A stretch of 64,000 bases of DNA from Actinomycetota bacterium (lineage in GTDB: Bacteria; Actinomycetota; Acidimicrobiia; Acidimicrobiales; Ilumatobacteraceae), in NCBI GenBank assembly GCA_963169215.1, contig CAUJEE010000124.1:523-64522 (forward strand), written 5' to 3'. Below the pieces are notes generated by a model. That model was not told the origin of the DNA. It worked only from the letters and a program-made list of their open reading frames with translations, and made no database searches. The position numbers were made by a program, and so were the translations under genes. Positions 20,245-29,548 of the stretch are shown here, in pieces. How positions within the stretch are numbered: position 1 is the stretch's first letter; each line of letters opens with the position of its first letter.

Positions 20245-20964
20245 TCATGCGCACTCCGCGTGGGGGGGCGCGGCGATGGCCTCCGCCAGGATCTCCTGAC
20301 GGCCACCATTGCGTTCGATCCATTGGTGTGTACGCAGCACTCGCCCGGCCAGGTCGACCGGGTCGAGTGTGGGAAACAGCGCGCCGACCAGTTCGGTCGG
20401 CCGCAGGCTCCTCCCGCTGTTGGCCAGCACCGCGCACAGGTGCGGCCGGGGGTCGTCGGCCGCAGCAGCGACCGACAGATCTTCGATGCAGCGGCGCACG
20501 TCGTCGGTGCTGCGCTGGCCCTTGCGTTCGCGCTCGACCAGCAGCATGGGCACAGCCAGCGTGCTGTCGACCGCCGCTTGCGCCGCGGCCATCGAGACGC
20601 CGCTCAACGCGACCTGCCATGTGCAGGCGACGACATCCTCCTGCAGCGACGGGCTGCCCGGCTCGATCGGCGCCACGCACACGACTCCGTAGCCCAACGG
20701 CAGCGCGCCGGTCAGGCGATCGTGCACCTGCGCGGCATCGAGATCGACGCCCTCGGCCAGCTCGAAGTCGAGGTACTCGGCGAGGCTCTCCCCGCCCGTG
20801 GGCAGCGCGAGCCCGAACGACATCTTCGGCCGCGGGGTGAATCCGCCCGAGTAGGCGAGGCCGATACCTGCCTTGCGCACCGCCCGCTCGAAGTGGTTGG
20901 CGGTATCGCGATGGCTGGTGAAGCGGATCTTGCCCAGCTTGCTGTAGCGCACGCGTAGCTTCAT
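20245..20964 (-). CDS. Radical-SAM-linked protein (DUF2344 / TIGR03936-like)
   Basis: MKLRVRYSKLGKIRFTSHRD...GFTPRPKMSF. ATG 20964 overlaps the stop of the upstream radical SAM gene (ATGA). Confidence 0.75.
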   Translation of the reverse strand: MKLRVRYSKLGKIRFTSHRDTANHFERAVRKAGIGLAYSGGFTPRPKMSFGLALPTGGESLAEYLDFELAEGVDLDAAQVHDRLTGALPLGYGVVCVAPIEPGSPSLQEDVVACTWQVALSGVSMAAAQAAVDSTLAVPMLLVERERKGQRSTDDVRRCIEDLSVAAAADDPRPHLCAVLANSGRSLRPTELVGALFPTLDPVDLAGRVLRTHQWIERNGGRQEILAEAIAAPPHAECA

Positions 20965-22901
20965 CGTGTCACCGCCGCGTGGACCGCTACCGCGGAACGC
21001 AACTGCACCGGCGACTCGTGCCCGTGGCTGAGATCCTGCCCCGTACCCTGGCTGCCGCCGGCGGGCGCCACGTTGGAAGCCACCATGTGCTCGAGTCCGT
21101 AGCCGGTGCACACGCCGCAGTCGTAGCAGGGCGTCCAACGGCAGTCGTCCTGACCGTGTTCGGAGAGGGCCTCTTGCCAGTCGAGCCACAGGAAGTCCTT
21201 GTGCAGACCGGCGCTCAGGTGATCCCACGGGAGTACCTCGTGCTCGTCGCGATGGCGCGTCACATACCACTCGAGCGACAACCCCTCGGCGGCCATCGCT
21301 TCTTCCCAGCGGGCGACGCAGAAGAACTCGCTCCACTCCTGGAACACCCCACCGGCCCGCCACACCCGCTCGATGACCGCACCGATGCGACGATCGCCAC
21401 GCGAGGTGATGCCCTCGGCAAGAGTGGCCAGTGGGTCGTGCCACTTCACGTTCACACCCTTGGCCTTCTGCGCGGCATCGCGTACCAACCCGATCTTGCG
21501 CCGCAACTCCCCCGCAGCGTTCTGCCCGAACCATTGGAATGGGGTGTGCGCCTTGGGCACGAAGCCACCCAAGCTGACGGTGACACTGGCGCGATTGGTG
21601 TACTTGCGCCCGACGCGCACGCAGTTGCGGGCCATGTCGACAATGCCGTACGTGTCGGGATCCGTCTCGGTGGGCAGGCCGGTGAGGAAGTACAGCTTCA
21701 TCCGGTGCCAGCCCTGGCTGAAGGCCGAATCGACCGCCGAGTAGAGGTCGTCCTCGGTGATCCGCTTGTTGATCACCTGGCGCAGTCGCCAGCTTCCCGC
21801 TTCCGGGGCGAAGGTGAGCCCGCTGCGCCGCCCGCCGGCGACGCGACCGGCGAGGCCGACGGTGAACGCGTCGACGCGCAGCGACGGCAGGCTGATCGTG
21901 GCCTGGTCGCCACAGAGCGCGGGATCGAGCGAATCGAGCAAGCCGTCGATGCCGCTGAAGTCGGCCGTCGACAGCGACGTCAGGCTCACCTCGGCGTGCC
22001 CGGTGGCGCTCAGGCCCGAACCGACCAGGCCGCGCACCTGCTCGGCCGGCCGCTCGCGCACGGGGCGGGTCACCATCCCGGCCTGACAGAAGCGGCAACC
22101 TCGCGTACAGCCGCGGAAGACCTCCACCTCGGTGAGCGGAACGAGTGGCCGTTTGGGGTAGGCCCACTCGCCCAGATCGGCAACGGCGCGCTTGTGCACC
22201 ATTGCCGGAACGTCGGGATAGAGCGGCGTCACCGCCATCAGCGCCGCACCGTCGTACTCGACGTCGTACAGCGAGGGCACGTACACCCCGGGGATGTGCG
22301 CCAGCGCGCGCAGCACCGCCTCGCGGCTGCCAGGCGTGCGCCCGGTGGCCTTCCACTCGCGCACCACGGTGGTGATCTCGGCCACCACCTCCTCACCCTC
22401 ACCGAGCACAGCCAGGTCGATGAAGTCGGCCAGCGGCTCGGGATTGAACGCGCAGTGGCCACCCACCACCACCAGCGGATGCTCGGGGCGCCGTGCGTCG
22501 GCGCGCACCGGTACACCGGCAAGGTCGATCATGTTCAGCACGTTGGTGTAGACCAGCTCGGCCGACAGGTTGAACGCGAGCAAGTCGAAGTCGCCGGCGG
22601 CGCGGTGGGTGTCGACGGAGAACAGAGGCACGCCCCGCCCGCGCAACAACTCTTCCAGGTCGTTCCAGGGCGCGTAGACGCGTTCAGCGACAGAGTCGTC
22701 GCGTTCGTTGAGAATTTCGTAGAGGATCTGCAGCCCCTGGTTGGGCAAGCCAATTTCGTACGTGTCGGGGTAGGCGAGCAGCCAGGACACCTTCCCCGGG
22801 CCATACCGGGGAGTCGCGGCGCCGTCCTCGCACCCGATGTAGCGGGCAGGCTTTTGCACCCGAGCCAGGAGCGGTTCGACCCGCGCCCAGAGAGAGTTCA
22901 T
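20961..22901 (-). CDS. Radical SAM protein with an N-terminal B12-binding-like domain (TIGR03960-like)
   Basis: CxxxCxxC motif GCTRGCRFCQAG. ATG 22901 (MNSLWARVEPLLARVQKPARYIG) was preferred. Confidence 0.8.
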   Translation of the reverse strand: MNSLWARVEPLLARVQKPARYIGCEDGAATPRYGPGKVSWLLAYPDTYEIGLPNQGLQILYEILNERDDSVAERVYAPWNDLEELLRGRGVPLFSVDTHRAAGDFDLLAFNLSAELVYTNVLNMIDLAGVPVRADARRPEHPLVVVGGHCAFNPEPLADFIDLAVLGEGEEVVAEITTVVREWKATGRTPGSREAVLRALAHIPGVYVPSLYDVEYDGAALMAVTPLYPDVPAMVHKRAVADLGEWAYPKRPLVPLTEVEVFRGCTRGCRFCQAGMVTRPVRERPAEQVRGLVGSGLSATGHAEVSLTSLSTADFSGIDGLLDSLDPALCGDQATISLPSLRVDAFTVGLAGRVAGGRRSGLTFAPEAGSWRLRQVINKRITEDDLYSAVDSAFSQGWHRMKLYFLTGLPTETDPDTYGIVDMARNCVRVGRKYTNRASVTVSLGGFVPKAHTPFQWFGQNAAGELRRKIGLVRDAAQKAKGVNVKWHDPLATLAEGITSRGDRRIGAVIERVWRAGGVFQEWSEFFCVARWEEAMAAEGLSLEWYVTRHRDEHEVLPWDHLSAGLHKDFLWLDWQEALSEHGQDDCRWTPCYDCGVCTGYGLEHMVASNVAPAGGSQGTGQDLSHGHESPVQLRSAVAVHAAVTR

Positions 22902-22991
22902 GTTTGCCGAAAGTTTACTCCACCTAACAGCCGATTGCCCGGATCCGCGATATCCACCCCATCCCACTATGTGAGATGGGGGCGGGCGGTG

Positions 22992-23339
22992 CTAGAGGTA
23001 GAGGCCGGTGTTGGTCTCGATGCGGCTGGCGGCCACGGCATGGATATCGCGTTCGCGCAACATGATGTAGTCGCTGCCGCCGACCTCCACCTCGTAGCGG
23101 TCGTCGGGGCTGAACAGCACCCGATCACCGATCTCGGCACTGCGCACGTTCTGGCCGACAGCCACCACCTCGGCCCAAACCAGACGCTTGGAGATCTGGG
23201 CGGTGGCGGGGATGAGGATTCCGCCGGTCGAAAGACGCTCGCCGTCTTTTTCCGGGATGCGCACGAGCAGGCGGTCGTTGAGCATCTTGATCGGGAGCTT
23301 CTCGTCCTCGCTGGCCACGACACGGCAGGGTACCGTCAT
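22992..23339 (-). CDS. GroES/Cpn10-fold paralogue with a C-terminal extension ending GLYL
   Basis: KMLNDRLLVRIPEKDGERLSTGGILIPATAQ...VVAVGQNV...GDRVLFSPDD..YIMLRERDIHAV, then ASRIETNTGLYL-stop. The start is uncertain (23339, about 23320, or 23285). Confidence 0.75.
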   Translation of the reverse strand: MTVPCRVVASEDEKLPIKMLNDRLLVRIPEKDGERLSTGGILIPATAQISKRLVWAEVVAVGQNVRSAEIGDRVLFSPDDRYEVEVGGSDYIMLRERDIHAVAASRIETNTGLYL

Positions 23340-23376
23340 GGGTGAGGCTCGCCCACCGGCCAGCGAAAGGACCACC

Positions 23377-23898
23377 GTGCGCAATCGCGTCGTCGCCATC
23401 ACCCTCCTCCTGTCCGCCGCGGCAGCCTGCTCGGCCGGAGGCTCGGACACCTCCGCCACCACCGCCGCGCCGGGGCTGCTCACCACTCCCTCGTACGACT
23501 TCGGCCCCACCACCACCTTCATGCCCGACTGCGCGCCGATGCCGTCGCCGGCCGAGCTGGGGGCGATCCTCGGGCTACCCCTCGACGACGGAATCGTCAT
23601 CGCCACCGGCACTTGCGAATTCCGCGGTCTCAACGATCAGAACCGGGTGGTGACGCTGTCGCTGCTGACCGATCCTGTCGACATCGCCAACTTCAACGAC
23701 CTGGTGGCATCGGTCGGCACCACTGCGCCGCTGAACGATCCCGCCGCGCCGACGGCGATGATCGGCCCCAACCATCAAGTCCTCGCCATCACCGACCGGG
23801 GCATCTATGGAGTCGTGACACAGGTGAACGACAGCACACCGCAGGAGCAGTACGCGCTATCGGCGGCCGTGCTGGCGGCTTGGCTGGCGATGGGCTGA
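23377..23898 (+). CDS. Lipoprotein of unknown function
   Basis: Signal peptide and lipobox VRNRVVAITLLLSAAAAC. GTG 23377 is preferred. ATG 23338 would share a CATG with the divergent gene. Confidence 0.6.
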   Translation: MRNRVVAITLLLSAAAACSAGGSDTSATTAAPGLLTTPSYDFGPTTTFMPDCAPMPSPAELGAILGLPLDDGIVIATGTCEFRGLNDQNRVVTLSLLTDPVDIANFNDLVASVGTTAPLNDPAAPTAMIGPNHQVLAITDRGIYGVVTQVNDSTPQEQYALSAAVLAAWLAMG

Positions 23899-24894
23899 TC
23901 AGCCGCGGCGTCGCGCTCGCCGCTCGCCGGGCTCGGCGCTGCTCGGCACAGAGTTGGTGAGCGGACCCACCTCGGCCACGATGCGATCTACAGTCGGCGG
24001 CTCGCCCCGCTCGTGCGTGTCGATCGCGACCCGCATCACCGCGAGATGTTCGGGACTAGTGCCACAGCAGCCGCCGACGATCCGCGCCCCGGCGTCGACC
24101 GCCAGCGCCGCGTACTTGCCCATCAGCTCGGGTGTGCCGGAATAGACCACCTCTGTGCCCACGAACTGCGGCACTCCACAGTTGCCCTTGCTGACCAACG
24201 CGATCGACGATCCGGCCATCTCCAGCAGGCTGACCAGGATGTCGCTCGCGCCCACACCGCAGTTGGCGCCGATCGCCAACGGTGCCTGCGGCTCGACGTC
24301 GAAGACGCGCTCGAGGTGCGATGGGAGCAGGCCCATCATCGTGCGCCCGGCGGTGTCGAACGAACAGGTCGCGACGTAGGGCATCCCCTCGGCGATCGCG
24401 GCCGTCGCGGCCGCGTGCAGTTCTTCCACCGCCGACATGGTCTCGATCCAGGCCACGTCGGCACCGCCGTCGCGCAGCCCGCGTATCTGCTCGCGGAACG
24501 ACTCGACAGCTACCTCGTGGGTGAGCGCGCCCAACGGCTCGAACAGTTCGCCAGTGGGCCCCACGCTGCCGGCAACCACCACCGGGCGCGACGCGGCATC
24601 GGCCACCTCACGGGCCAACTCGGCCGCGCGGCGGGCCAGTTCGTAGGTGCGCGACTCTGCTTTGTGCAGCTTGAGCCGTTGCGGATTGCAGCCGAAGGTG
24701 TTGGTGAGGATGATGTCGGCACCGGCCTCGACGAACCGACGATGCAGGTCTTGCACCCGATCGGGGTGGTCGACCGTCCAGAACTCGGGCGGGTCGCCCG
24801 AGCCGAGGCCGGCGGCGAAGTAGTTGGTGCCGGTGGCACCGTCGGCCAGCAGCGGGCGACCGGTGGCAAGCAGATCGGAGAGCGTCGAACGCAT
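23899..24894 (-). CDS. Homocysteine S-methyltransferase-domain protein (stand-alone MetH N-domain/BHMT-like)
   Basis: LLADGATGTN, with Zn-ligand motifs NCGVG and GGCCGTSPEH. ATG 24894. Confidence 0.8.
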   Translation of the reverse strand: MRSTLSDLLATGRPLLADGATGTNYFAAGLGSGDPPEFWTVDHPDRVQDLHRRFVEAGADIILTNTFGCNPQRLKLHKAESRTYELARRAAELAREVADAASRPVVVAGSVGPTGELFEPLGALTHEVAVESFREQIRGLRDGGADVAWIETMSAVEELHAAATAAIAEGMPYVATCSFDTAGRTMMGLLPSHLERVFDVEPQAPLAIGANCGVGASDILVSLLEMAGSSIALVSKGNCGVPQFVGTEVVYSGTPELMGKYAALAVDAGARIVGGCCGTSPEHLAVMRVAIDTHERGEPPTVDRIVAEVGPLTNSVPSSAEPGERRARRRG

Positions 24895-24917
24895 CTTGAA
24901 CAGGCTACCGACGCTGC

Positions 24918-25904
24918 TCAGAGCACCGCGTGCTCGATGCGCTCCATCACTTCCGGGGTGAGCAGTTCGATCACCTCGTGGGCAGCGAAGTTCTCCATCA
25001 CCTGCGATGCCCTGCTGGCACCCGTGATCACCGTCGACACGTGCGGGTTCTTGGCGCACCAGGCGATCGCCAGTTGCGCCATGGTGCAGTCGAGTTCGGC
25101 CGCGATCGGGCGCAACTTCTCCACCTTGGCCAGCGCCGCGCCGTCGGTGAGCCGTTCGGCCATCCACTCGTAGCCGGGAAGCGCACCACGGCTGTCGGCA
25201 GGCACGCCGGTGGCGTACTTGCCGGTGAGCAGGCCAGAGGCGAGAGGACTCCAGATGGTGGTGCCGAGGCCGATGTCGTCGTACAGGCGGGCGTACTCGA
25301 TCTCGACCCGCTCGCGATGCAGCAGATTGTACTGCGGCTGCTCCATCACCGGCTTGTGCAGGTGGTGCCGCTCGGCGATCTCCCACGCGCCGCGGATCTC
25401 GTCGGCCGACCACTCGCTGGTGCCCCAGTACAGCGCCTTGCCGCTGGCGACGATGTCGCTCATCGCCCACACCGTCTCCTCCAGCGGAGTGTGCGGGTCG
25501 GGGCGGTGGCAGTAGATCAGGTCGAGGAAGTCGAGCCCGAAGCGCTCGAGCGAACCGTCGACGGCCTGCAGCAGGTACTTGCGGTTGAGCGTGTTGCGCA
25601 TGTTCTGCACGTTGCCGCTGATGCCCCAGAAGAACTTGCTGCTCACCACGTAGCTGTTGCGCTCCCAGCCGAGGGCGCGCAAGGCGCGGCCCATCTGCGC
25701 CTCGCTGCCGCCGCCGGCATAGGCCTCGGCGTTGTCGAAGAAGTTGCACCCCGCGTCGCGCGCAGCTTGCATGCACTCGATTGCAGGCTCGTCGCCCAGT
25801 TGGTTGTCGAAGGTCACCCAGCTACCGAAGGAGAGCACGCTCACCTTCAGGCCGGATCGCCCGAGGCGCCGGTAGGTCATCTGCTTGCTGCTCATGCTCC
25901 CCAA
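24918..25904 (-). CDS. Aldo/keto reductase (Kv-beta-subunit-like)
   Basis: [29 protein letters not shown], and a typical AKR length. Confidence 0.85.
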   Translation of the reverse strand: MGSMSSKQMTYRRLGRSGLKVSVLSFGSWVTFDNQLGDEPAIECMQAARDAGCNFFDNAEAYAGGGSEAQMGRALRALGWERNSYVVSSKFFWGISGNVQNMRNTLNRKYLLQAVDGSLERFGLDFLDLIYCHRPDPHTPLEETVWAMSDIVASGKALYWGTSEWSADEIRGAWEIAERHHLHKPVMEQPQYNLLHRERVEIEYARLYDDIGLGTTIWSPLASGLLTGKYATGVPADSRGALPGYEWMAERLTDGAALAKVEKLRPIAAELDCTMAQLAIAWCAKNPHVSTVITGASRASQVMENFAAHEVIELLTPEVMERIEHAVL

Positions 25905-25943
25905 CCTACGGCACTGAAGCCACGATCGGGTGCGGGAGCTGGA

Positions 25944-26828
25944 TCAACCGCTGCGGCGCAGGGCAGCGAGGGCGCGCACGCCCTGCGGGCCGACTCCGCA
26001 GCAGCCGCCGATCAGCCGCGCTCCAGCAGCCAGCCATGTCGGCACCAACCCCGGGATCTCCTCACCGCCGGTGGGTCCCACCCAGCAGTCGTGCTCCGCG
26101 TCCCACGCCGCGCCATGGTTGGGATAGACCACGAGCGGGGTCGCGAGCGGCAACGCCGACAGCGAACGCAGCAACGGCGCGACGTACCGCGGTGCCGTGC
26201 AGTTGACTCCCACGGCCGTCACCTGCCCGGCCACCCGCTCCGCGGCATCGGCGAACATGTCGCCGCTGCAGGTGTGCCGGTCGTCGGAACAGGTGAATGC
26301 CACCCAGGCCGGCGCGCTCGACCGGTTGCGCAACTCCTCGACCACGATCTCGGCCTCGGCCGCCGACGGCATGGTCTCGATCGCGAACACATCGGGCTCG
26401 GTGTCGACCAACACCGCCAACCGCTCGCGATGGAAGGCCCGCACCTCGGCCCACGAAGCCTCGTAGCGGCCGCCGTACTCGCTGCCGTCGCCGAGGCAGG
26501 CGCCGTAGGGCCCCACCGAGCAGGCCACCACGTCGGCGCCGGCAGCACGCGCGAGACCGGTGGTAGCGGCCAGCAGCCGATGGGCCTGCTTCGCCTCCAC
26601 ACCCGCGGCCATGAACCCGGGCACACTCGCTTGGTAGCTGGCAGTGATCACCACGTCGGCGCCGGCTTCGACGTACAGTCGGTGAGCGGCTGTGATCACC
26701 TGTGGGCGGTCGATCAACGTGGCCGCGGTCCACAGCAAGCCGGCGGGGCGCTCACCCAACTGTTCGAGCGCGGTCGACAGGCCGCCGTCGATCACCGTGA
26801 ACGGCTCGCGCAGCAACGTGCCGATCAT
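25944..26828 (-). CDS. mmuM: Homocysteine S-methyltransferase (MmuM/YagD type)
   Basis: [28 protein letters not shown]. Confidence 0.85.
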   Translation of the reverse strand: MIGTLLREPFTVIDGGLSTALEQLGERPAGLLWTAATLIDRPQVITAAHRLYVEAGADVVITASYQASVPGFMAAGVEAKQAHRLLAATTGLARAAGADVVACSVGPYGACLGDGSEYGGRYEASWAEVRAFHRERLAVLVDTEPDVFAIETMPSAAEAEIVVEELRNRSSAPAWVAFTCSDDRHTCSGDMFADAAERVAGQVTAVGVNCTAPRYVAPLLRSLSALPLATPLVVYPNHGAAWDAEHDCWVGPTGGEEIPGLVPTWLAAGARLIGGCCGVGPQGVRALAALRRSG

Positions 26829-27601
26829 GCCGGACGCACTTCGATTCCCGCCGCACTCATCGCCGCCTTTGCCTCGGCGATGGTGTACTCGCCGAAGTGG
26901 AAGATGCTCGCTGCCAGCACGCCGGTGGCTCCGCCAGCCGTGATCCCCTCCACCATGTGCTGCAGCGTACCCACCCCGCCGCTGGCGATCACCGGAACGC
27001 CCACCGCGGCGGTGATGGCCCTGGTGAGAGCGAGATCGAAACCCTCCTTGGTGCCGTCGCGATCCATCGACGTGAGCAGCACTTCACCCGCCCCGAGGCG
27101 GGTCGCCTCGGCTGCCCACCGGACGGCGTCGATGCCCGTGGGTGTGCGCCCGCCGTGGAGGTAAACCTCGAACCCGCTCTCGATCTGCGCCGAGGGCGCG
27201 GTGCTCTTGGCATCGATCGCGCACACGCAGCACTGCGCGCCGAACTCGGCCGCGATCTCGCCGATCAGCGCCGGACGCTGCACCGCAGCGGTGTTCACCG
27301 ACACCTTGTCGGCCCCGGCGCGCAGCATCCGGCGAGCGTCGTCGACGGTGCGGATGCCTCCGCCGACGGTGAACGGGATGAACACCTGCTCGGCGGTGCG
27401 GCGCACCACATCGGCCATCGTCTCGCGGGCGTCGCTCGACGCGGTGATGTCGAGAAACACCAGCTCGTCGGCGCCCTCCGCGTCGTACCGTCGGGCGAGC
27501 TCCACCGGGTCGCCGGCGTCGCGCAGGCCGACGAAGTTGACGCCCTTCACCACCCGACCGGCGGTGACGTCGAGACAGGGAATCACACGCGCGACCATCA
27601 C
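26825..27601 (-). CDS. hisF: Imidazole glycerol phosphate synthase cyclase subunit
   Basis: [28 protein letters not shown]. It has 4-nt overlaps with both neighbours. Confidence 0.95.
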   Translation of the reverse strand: MMVARVIPCLDVTAGRVVKGVNFVGLRDAGDPVELARRYDAEGADELVFLDITASSDARETMADVVRRTAEQVFIPFTVGGGIRTVDDARRMLRAGADKVSVNTAAVQRPALIGEIAAEFGAQCCVCAIDAKSTAPSAQIESGFEVYLHGGRTPTGIDAVRWAAEATRLGAGEVLLTSMDRDGTKEGFDLALTRAITAAVGVPVIASGGVGTLQHMVEGITAGGATGVLAASIFHFGEYTIAEAKAAMSAAGIEVRPA

Positions 27602-28326
27602 TTGGCGAGCACCTCCAAGGCCTCCAGCGCCTCGGCAACGGTGAAGCGGCCCTCGTACAGCGCCTTGCCGGTGATCGCGCCGGCGACACCGGGCACCCCC
27701 GCCAGCGCGCGCAGATCGGCAAGTGAGGCGATGCCCCCGCTGGCGATCACCGGCACGGCGGTGGCCGCCGCGGCGGCAGCGAGACCATCGACGTCGGGCC
27801 CGGTGAGCATGCCGTCGCGGGCGATGTCGGTGATCACGAACGCGGCCGCGGTCGGGAACCAGCCGAGAGCGTCGCGCAACTGCACGCCCGAGCCCTCCGT
27901 CCAGCCATGCACGGCGACCTCGCCATTGCGGTGGTCGAGACCGACGGCCACCGCCACCACCGCCGACACGGCGGCCACCAGCGACGGATCGGCCACCGCC
28001 GCCGACCCCATCACCACTCGGGCAACGCCCACCTCGGCCAGCGCCTGCGCATCGGGGAGCGAGCGCACCCCGCCCCCGGTCTGCACCGCGGCCCGGCCGC
28101 GCAACGCGGCCGCGATCGCCGCCACCACCGGGCGATTGCGCGGCGAGCCGCTGCGCGCCGCGTCGAGATCTACCACGTGCACCCAGCGGGCACCTGCGGC
28201 GGCGAACGACTGGGCCACGGCCACCGGATCGGTGCCGTAGGTGGTCTGCTGTTCGTAGTCGCCCTGGCGCAGCCGCACCACCTGGCCGTCAAGCAGGTCG
28301 ATCGCCGGGTACAGCTCGAGGGTCAT
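27598..28326 (-). CDS. hisA: ProFAR isomerase HisA (possibly the bifunctional PriA type; cannot be decided here)
   Basis: [19 protein letters not shown]..., [14 protein letters not shown] 28326. Confidence 0.9.
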   Translation of the reverse strand: MTLELYPAIDLLDGQVVRLRQGDYEQQTTYGTDPVAVAQSFAAAGARWVHVVDLDAARSGSPRNRPVVAAIAAALRGRAAVQTGGGVRSLPDAQALAEVGVARVVMGSAAVADPSLVAAVSAVVAVAVGLDHRNGEVAVHGWTEGSGVQLRDALGWFPTAAAFVITDIARDGMLTGPDVDGLAAAAAATAVPVIASGGIASLADLRALAGVPGVAGAITGKALYEGRFTVAEALEALEVLAK

Positions 28327-28961
28327 GAGTGACCGCCGACGACACCGACGAAGTTGCGCAGCAACGCCAGCCCGTCGCGACCCGACTTCTCCGGGTGGAA
28401 CTGGGTGGCGAACACGTTGCCACGGCGGAAGGCGGCGTTCACCGTGCCGCCGTAGTCGCACGTGGCGGCCACAACTGCGGGATCCGCCGGGACCCCATGC
28501 AGCGAGTGCACGAAGTACATCCACGGCTGCGCGCCGAGGCCGCCGAACAACGGGTCGACGGGGGTGTTCAACGCAAGCTGGTTCCACTGCATCTGCGGGC
28601 GGGGGAGTCGATCACCAAGCCATGTCACCGTGCCTTCGATCACGCCCAGACCGCGTTCGGAGGCATCTTCCTCGCTGGTCGAGAACAGCATCTGCATCCC
28701 CACGCACACCCCGAGGAACGGACGACCCGACTCGACCGCGGTGTGCACCACCTCCTCCAACCCGGCCGCGCGCAGGGCCTGCATGCAAGCCCCGAACGCA
28801 CCGACCCCGGGCAACACCACAGCGGCGGCGGCAGCCACCAGACCAGGGTCGGCGGTAAGACGCGCGTCGGCGCCACACACCTCCAAGGCCTTCTGCGCCG
28901 ACCGCAGGTTGCCGATGCCGTAATCGAACACGGCCACCAGCGGCCCGGCGACTGCGGTCAC
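28323..28961 (-). CDS. hisH: Imidazole glycerol phosphate synthase glutaminase subunit
   Basis: GTG 28961 overlaps the hisB stop (GTGA). Motifs: VAVFDYGIGNLRSA, GVCVGMQML, FHPEKS. Confidence 0.9.
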   Translation of the reverse strand: MTAVAGPLVAVFDYGIGNLRSAQKALEVCGADARLTADPGLVAAAAAVVLPGVGAFGACMQALRAAGLEEVVHTAVESGRPFLGVCVGMQMLFSTSEEDASERGLGVIEGTVTWLGDRLPRPQMQWNQLALNTPVDPLFGGLGAQPWMYFVHSLHGVPADPAVVAATCDYGGTVNAAFRRGNVFATQFHPEKSGRDGLALLRNFVGVVGGHS

Positions 28962-29548
28962 AGCACACCCTTGGTCGACGGCACTGCCGTGCCCTCGATG
29001 CGCACCGCGTCGCGCAGACAACGGGCCAGTCCCTTGAACGCAGCCTCGATGATGTGATGCACGTTCACCCCGTGGCACAAGCGCATGTGGAGGGTGATGC
29101 CCGCGGCGTTGGCGAACGAACTGAACGCGTGCTCGGCCAGTTGCGGGTCGAACGGCGGGTTGCCGAGCGGCAGCACCTCGGGCATCGGCACGTTCCACAC
29201 CACGTGCGCGCGGCCGGACAGATCGAGCGCCACTTCCACCAGCGCCTCGTCGAGCGGGAACAGCCCGCTGGCGAAACGGCGCACCCCGGCCTTGTCGCCC
29301 AGCGCTTCGCGGAACGCCTCGCCGAGAGCGATCCCGACATCCTCGACGGTGTGGTGGGTGTCGATGTGCAGGTCGCCCGTGGCGCGGATGCGCAGGTCGA
29401 AGCCGCCGTGCTTGCCGAGCTGTTCGAGCATGTGGTCGTAGAACGGGATGCCGGTCGACACCTCCGCCGTACCGCTGCCGTCGATCTCGAGCGACACATC
29501 GACCGCAGTCTCTTTGGTGTTGCGCTGGCGTTGCGCCGAACGACTCAT
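28958..29548 (-). CDS. hisB: Imidazoleglycerol-phosphate dehydratase
   Basis: NTKETAVDVSLEIDG, DTHHTVEDVGIALG, HHIIEA. ATG 29548. Confidence 0.95.
   Translation of the reverse strand: MSRSAQRQRNTKETAVDVSLEIDGSGTAEVSTGIPFYDHMLEQLGKHGGFDLRIRATGDLHIDTHHTVEDVGIALGEAFREALGDKAGVRRFASGLFPLDEALVEVALDLSGRAHVVWNVPMPEVLPLGNPPFDPQLAEHAFSSFANAAGITLHMRLCHGVNVHHIIEAAFKGLARCLRDAVRIEGTAVPSTKGVL

Noticed and set aside
23337-23340. Divergent genes sharing the palindromic CATG as both start codons (the GroES-like gene and the lipoprotein).
   Set aside because: That would leave no promoter or RBS space for either gene. More plausible starts exist: GTG 23377 for the lipoprotein, and an internal start for the GroES-like gene.
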